Part shown: in pieces, positions 59,810 to 64,000 of the stretch
Position numbering within the stretch: the stretch's first letter is position 1
How the letters are laid out: every line of letters starts with the position of its first letter
NCBI GenBank assembly: GCA_965658765.1
Contig: CBFHTO010000014.1
Location: forward strand, 90 to 64,089
Direction of reading: 5' to 3'
DNA from: Glaciecola sp.
GTDB lineage: Bacteria; Pseudomonadota; Gammaproteobacteria; Enterobacterales; Alteromonadaceae
Length of the DNA: 64,000 nt
Program-made: the position numbers and the translations under genes
The notes under the pieces: model-generated
What the model saw: only the letters and a program-made list of their open reading frames with translations
What the model was told of the DNA's origin: nothing
The model's database searches: none

Positions 59810-62800
59810 TCATACCGGTAGTCTAGAATTTGTTGTCAGATTTGCATTAGCTGCTTCTTCTCGTTCATGGTCTTTCGAATGGTCGGACGCGAGTACCATA
59901 TATACGCTGGGCAGAACAAGCAAAGTAAACATTGTGCCGACTAGCATACCGGCAACCAGAATAATCCCGATGCTGTTTCTTGCCTCGGCGCCAGGACCAG
60001 TAACGAGTACCAATGGGAAGTGACCCAGCACAGTTGCGCCAGTCGTCATTAACACCGGCCTTAGGCGAGTCTGTGCGGCCCTAATTACAGCATCTAGCTT
60101 CTCCAGTCCTTGCTTCTGCATATGATTGGCAAACTCGACAATCAGTATTCCATTTTTGGCTATAAGGCCTACCAGAGTAATAAACCCTACTTGCGAGTAT
60201 ATATTAATGGTCGTGAAATCAAGGAACGAAAACATCATTGCACCTGCAAGGGCAAGAGGCACAGAGCCGAGCAGTACAACCAGTGGATCTCGAAAGCTAT
60301 TAAATTGGATAGCAAGCACTAAATATACAAATACTAAAGCCACCAATAACACCCCTTCTAAGGTGTTACCTTCAAGTCTTATTTGTCTTGATTCACCCGC
60401 GTAATCAATGGTGTAAGTACTGGGCAATAGGGATTCTGCTATTTCTTCTAGAGTGCTCAAGCCTTGTTCTTTGGTGGTCCCAGGGATGACTTCTGCAAAT
60501 ATCCTAAATGCATTTTTTTGTTGGAACTTAGACAGCACTCTGGGAGCGGTTTCAGTTTGTAATTCTGCTATGGCACTAAATGGGACCAAGCTTCCATCTG
60601 CAATTCTTATCTGCAGGTTCATAATTGCTTGCGGGTTCATACGCTCTGATTCAGATATCATGGGAATCACGCGATAAGCACGACCGTCTTGATTATATCT
60701 ATTTACAAAATTGCCAGAAAGCATGGTTGAAAGCTGTCGATTCACACTGGCCAAATCCAAGCCTAAATCGGCGATACGCTCTCGATTGAGCTTAAATCTT
60801 ACTTGCGGCAGATCGATTTTTAAATCGGTGTTGGCAAACAAAAACTTGCCAGACTGGTTAGCAGCCTGAACCATTTTATCTGCATACTCCTTCATGTCAG
60901 CGTATGAGTCTGTGCTTAGCACTACCAATTCGACAGAAAAATTACCTGCGGTCGGTAAGGCTGAATCTAACACTGGAAAGGCTTTAATTCCTGGAACTTG
61001 AGTTAAGCTGCCAAAAGCTTGCCAGTACATGTCTTGAACACTTTGTTCACGTTCATCAACCGGAACAAAATCAACGCCAGAGAAGCCTGCCGCCGGATTG
61101 ATAATTTGCCACATAAACTTTGCGCCCTCTAACTGTTTCATGGTATCCACCACATCATTCATATGCGTAAGCGTATAATCCAAAGAGGCTTCAGGTGCAG
61201 ATTCTATGATCACCGTGATACCCGATTGATCTTCGGTGGGGGCCAGTTCTTTTAAGGATAATAAATAAAAGGGAACGCTTAGCAATGCCAAAACGACTGC
61301 TGCCGTTAATATTTGCGCTTTCATGTCGATGGTTTTGATGACTACCTTCGCATAAAAATCCTGCGCTTTATCAAAAATTCGATTGACCTTTTGAGTGATT
61401 TTTCCTTCTTTTCCGCCTTCAGGGCAGGCATAAGCACTCATGATCGGCGATAGTGTCACCGCAACTATACCTGAAATAATAACTGCTATAGCCAAGGTAA
61501 AAGCAAATTCCTTAAACAAGGCACCCGTTAAGCCGGTTAACAATCCAATAGGGGCGTACACGGCAGCTAATGTCACTGTCATACTGATTATAGGCGCTAA
61601 TAATTGACGAGAACTGGCTAAGGCAGCCTGCATCCTGCCCATTCCAGAACGCATGTATCGAGCGACATTTTCTACTACCACGATGGCGTCGTCTACGACT
61701 AAACCGACAGAGAGCACAATAGCCAGTACGGTCAATAAGTTTAATGAGAAGCCTACAACGTACATTGCCGCAATGGCGCCTAGAATAGAAATTGGAATGG
61801 TAATAAGTGGAACAAGTGCTGTCCTAAAGCTCCCCATCATTGCGACAACCACAAGTCCAACTAAGAGTACCGTTTCAGCTAAGGTAATAAATATTTCTCG
61901 CAGAGAATCTCGCATGTAAATCGTGCCGTCATAGCCATCTGTAATGCTAAGTCCATCAGGTAAGATTTGGTTTATCTCGTCGATCATCACATAAACATCA
62001 TCGCCAATTTCAATCTCATTGGCCCCTGGTAATGGCCACACTGATATATAGAGTACGGTATCTTTATCTAATCGAGCGGTCGTTACACCTTCTTCTTCGT
62101 CAAGTTCAACCCTTGCTATATCTCTAATTTTCACCAGAGAATTATCGTTGTCACGGATAACTAAATTTTCAAATTCTTCGACATTGGTAAGGCTGCTATC
62201 GGTTAACAATGAAACGCGTTGTTGACTGTTTTCGGAATTTCCTATTGTTGCGATAAGGTTGTTTGCTCTAAGTGCCGAAGATACATCGTCGGCCGCAACG
62301 TTGAGCGCGGCCATTTTTTTGGGGTCTAGCCATATGCGCATAGAAGGGGAGCGAGCTCCCTCAAGTCCGATGCGCTGCACGCCAGGTATCGACGCCAGTG
62401 CGGGAGAAACGTTGCGCGACAAATAATCGGTGACCTCTGTGCGTGACATCCCGGCTTTTTCTTCATCATAATTGACCGTTAGATAAAACACAGCGAAAGG
62501 GCGGTCGGCTCTGACTACCTGAATCGCAGGGTCTTCTGCCCCCTCAGGTAATTCGAACCTTATTTGATCAATTCTTGAAGAGAGTTCTGCAAGGGCAGCA
62601 GAGGGTTCTTCATTTAACTTTAACCAAACCGTTACCAAGCTTCGCCCTGGTGTGGTTTGCGAGTCTACGTAGTCAACGCCCGGAGTAGACGACGCTGCAC
62701 GCTCTATAGGCTCGGTGATATATCCTTGCACAACCTCAGCAGAGGCTCCCACATATGGGGTTGAAATTTGTATAGAGGCACTGCTTATTTGGGGAAACTG

Positions 62801-62995
62801 CAATACCGAAATGTTCATTGCGGCTCTTATCCCAATTAAAATAAGCGCTAGCGATAATACAATAGCGATCACTGGACGCTTGCTAAATATATCCATCTTC
62901 GAAGGTGTATTTAGTTTTGTAGAGCTTGCTTCGGCTTCGTTTACAAGAGATGAACTGGCTTGTTGTGCATGCTTATTATTTGTCAAAGTTCCCAT
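59810..62995 (-). CDS. RND efflux permease (AcrB/AcrD/AcrF family)
   Basis: Proton-relay motifs GLVVDDAIVVVEN, GLIAKNGILIVEF, RLRPVLMTT; 1061 aa. GGAG RBS at 62995; alternative ATG at 62896. Confidence 0.95.
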   Translation of the reverse strand: MGTLTNNKHAQQASSSLVNEAEASSTKLNTPSKMDIFSKRPVIAIVLSLALILIGIRAAMNISVLQFPQISSASIQISTPYVGASAEVVQGYITEPIERAASSTPGVDYVDSQTTPGRSLVTVWLKLNEEPSAALAELSSRIDQIRFELPEGAEDPAIQVVRADRPFAVFYLTVNYDEEKAGMSRTEVTDYLSRNVSPALASIPGVQRIGLEGARSPSMRIWLDPKKMAALNVAADDVSSALRANNLIATIGNSENSQQRVSLLTDSSLTNVEEFENLVIRDNDNSLVKIRDIARVELDEEEGVTTARLDKDTVLYISVWPLPGANEIEIGDDVYVMIDEINQILPDGLSITDGYDGTIYMRDSLREIFITLAETVLLVGLVVVAMMGSFRTALVPLITIPISILGAIAAMYVVGFSLNLLTVLAIVLSVGLVVDDAIVVVENVARYMRSGMGRMQAALASSRQLLAPIISMTVTLAAVYAPIGLLTGLTGALFKEFAFTLAIAVIISGIVAVTLSPIMSAYACPEGGKEGKITQKVNRIFDKAQDFYAKVVIKTIDMKAQILTAAVVLALLSVPFYLLSLKELAPTEDQSGITVIIESAPEASLDYTLTHMNDVVDTMKQLEGAKFMWQIINPAAGFSGVDFVPVDEREQSVQDMYWQAFGSLTQVPGIKAFPVLDSALPTAGNFSVELVVLSTDSYADMKEYADKMVQAANQSGKFLFANTDLKIDLPQVRFKLNRERIADLGLDLASVNRQLSTMLSGNFVNRYNQDGRAYRVIPMISESERMNPQAIMNLQIRIADGSLVPFSAIAELQTETAPRVLSKFQQKNAFRIFAEVIPGTTKEQGLSTLEEIAESLLPSTYTIDYAGESRQIRLEGNTLEGVLLVALVFVYLVLAIQFNSFRDPLVVLLGSVPLALAGAMMFSFLDFTTINIYSQVGFITLVGLIAKNGILIVEFANHMQKQGLEKLDAVIRAAQTRLRPVLMTTGATVLGHFPLVLVTGPGAEARNSIGIILVAGMLVGTMFTLLVLPSVYMVLASDHSKDHEREEAANANLTTNSRLPV

Positions 62996-63007
62996 AGAAT
63001 ACTCCGA

Positions 63008-64000
63008 TTAGTCAGCTTTAACATAGGTAAGCATGTTGGTATTGAGCTTTGCCGACCCGATTGTGGCGACCAGCATGCCGCTTTCAAGTCCATCGCTAAC
63101 ATAACTTATTTCGTCCTGCTTTGAAGCAACAGTCACAGCTTGTCTGTTGGCTCTTAAATTGCCTTGTTCGTCTTTTACCAGTACATACACAAAACTGCCA
63201 AACGCGTCGTAGCGTATAGCTTGATTGGGTAAAGGAACAGCGCTTACTGGAGAAGCGGTTGGCACGAGAACAGCGACGACAGCACCTGGTTTAAAGTCTC
63301 TTGGCGGGTTTTCTATCTTTGCTCGAACTTGCATAGAACGCGAACTGTTTTCTAATTCTGTATTAATCGCGACTATTTCAGCGTTGATTGCCTTAGAACC
63401 TTCAATAGACACGGTGACAACGTCACCAATATTGACATCAGCATATATTTGAGCGAGTTTAAAGTCGATCCAATGATGGTCGGCGTCTCCAAGCAGAGTC
63501 GTTAATAGAGTATTCGCCGCAAGAAAAGTACCTTCTTGCCAGTCATGGATCCCTGTAAAACCATTAAAAGGAGCCAAGATCGTTTTTTTGTTTATGTCCG
63601 CCTGTATGCCACGGGCTCTTGCTTTAAATACCGCCAACTGAGCATTGGCTCTATCGAGTTGTTCTTTGGAAGATGCGCGCACATCAAGAAGATCTGTAAA
63701 GCGTTTTACGTCTAATTCTGCCAATGTTATTTCTGCTTTTATCGCATCCAATTGCGCCATTTCTGACTCAACATTGAGTTGAATTAATGTATCTCCTCTA
63801 TTCACCTTACCACCAGAGGGCAAGTTCATTTGAGTGATGATCCCTTCCACTTCATTTCTAATGTTGATGCGTTGAGTCGCTCTTACTTCGCCAATTACGG
63901 TTACTTGGGGTTGGAAGCTTGACCAGGTCACCTCTTGCGCGAGGACGGTTTCGCTCGGTTCAGGAAAACTTTCGCCAAATGCTATGGCAGCTTTGATTTG
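63008..64000 (-). CDS. RND periplasmic adaptor subunit (5' end outside the window)
   Basis: G..V..GDTLIQL lipoyl-like half, coiled coil, ILAPFNGFTG, VSDGLESG..VATIGSAKL; frame stays open to the window edge. Confidence 0.9.
   Translation of the reverse strand, partial: QIKAAIAFGESFPEPSETVLAQEVTWSSFQPQVTVIGEVRATQRINIRNEVEGIITQMNLPSGGKVNRGDTLIQLNVESEMAQLDAIKAEITLAELDVKRFTDLLDVRASSKEQLDRANAQLAVFKARARGIQADINKKTILAPFNGFTGIHDWQEGTFLAANTLLTTLLGDADHHWIDFKLAQIYADVNIGDVVTVSIEGSKAINAEIVAINTELENSSRSMQVRAKIENPPRDFKPGAVVAVLVPTASPVSAVPLPNQAIRYDAFGSFVYVLVKDEQGNLRANRQAVTVASKQDEISYVSDGLESGMLVATIGSAKLNTNMLTYVKAD

Noticed and set aside
59769-60023. 84-aa plus-strand ORF
   Set aside because: Overlaps the 3' end of the RND permease on the opposite strand.

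Overview
A 64-kb chromosomal window from an AT-rich gammaproteobacterium. Gene content and order suggest a marine Alteromonadales/Alteromonadaceae-like organism (inference). In order it holds: the distal MSHA pilus operon (mshF-like, B, A, C, D, O, P; no mshQ); the mreBCD-maf-rng-yhdP-nitrilase-tldD block; an SOS-boxed yebG; a degenerate kinase/receiver/AraC hybrid; an orphan GAF-PilB/GspE ATPase; a complete S10 ribosomal operon that ends at rpsQ with no spc operon after it; a PAS hybrid kinase overlapping waaA; dcp and purU; a PHA granule cluster (phaB, phaZ, two phasins, phaR, phaC and a DUF6489-like gene); mrcB; a small accessory patch (vapBC, IS110 remnant, PepSY pseudogene); sigma54/NtrC-controlled glnK-amtB; an NhaD antiporter; gloA, ggt and a DyP homologue; a GluR0-like K+ channel; a LysR regulator; and an RND efflux pair cut by the window end. 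No tRNA, rRNA or CRISPR array was seen by eye. The top leads are: (1) an NhaD-type Na+/H+ antiporter with a whole PAS domain inserted in its central loop; (2) a DyP homologue that keeps the heme His but has lost both distal catalytic residues; (3) an intact hybrid regulator whose phosphotransfer motifs have all degenerated; (4) uncharacterised PHA accessory genes; (5) a 4x short repeat just upstream of the glnK enhancer. All family assignments come from motif recognition by eye; no database search was run.
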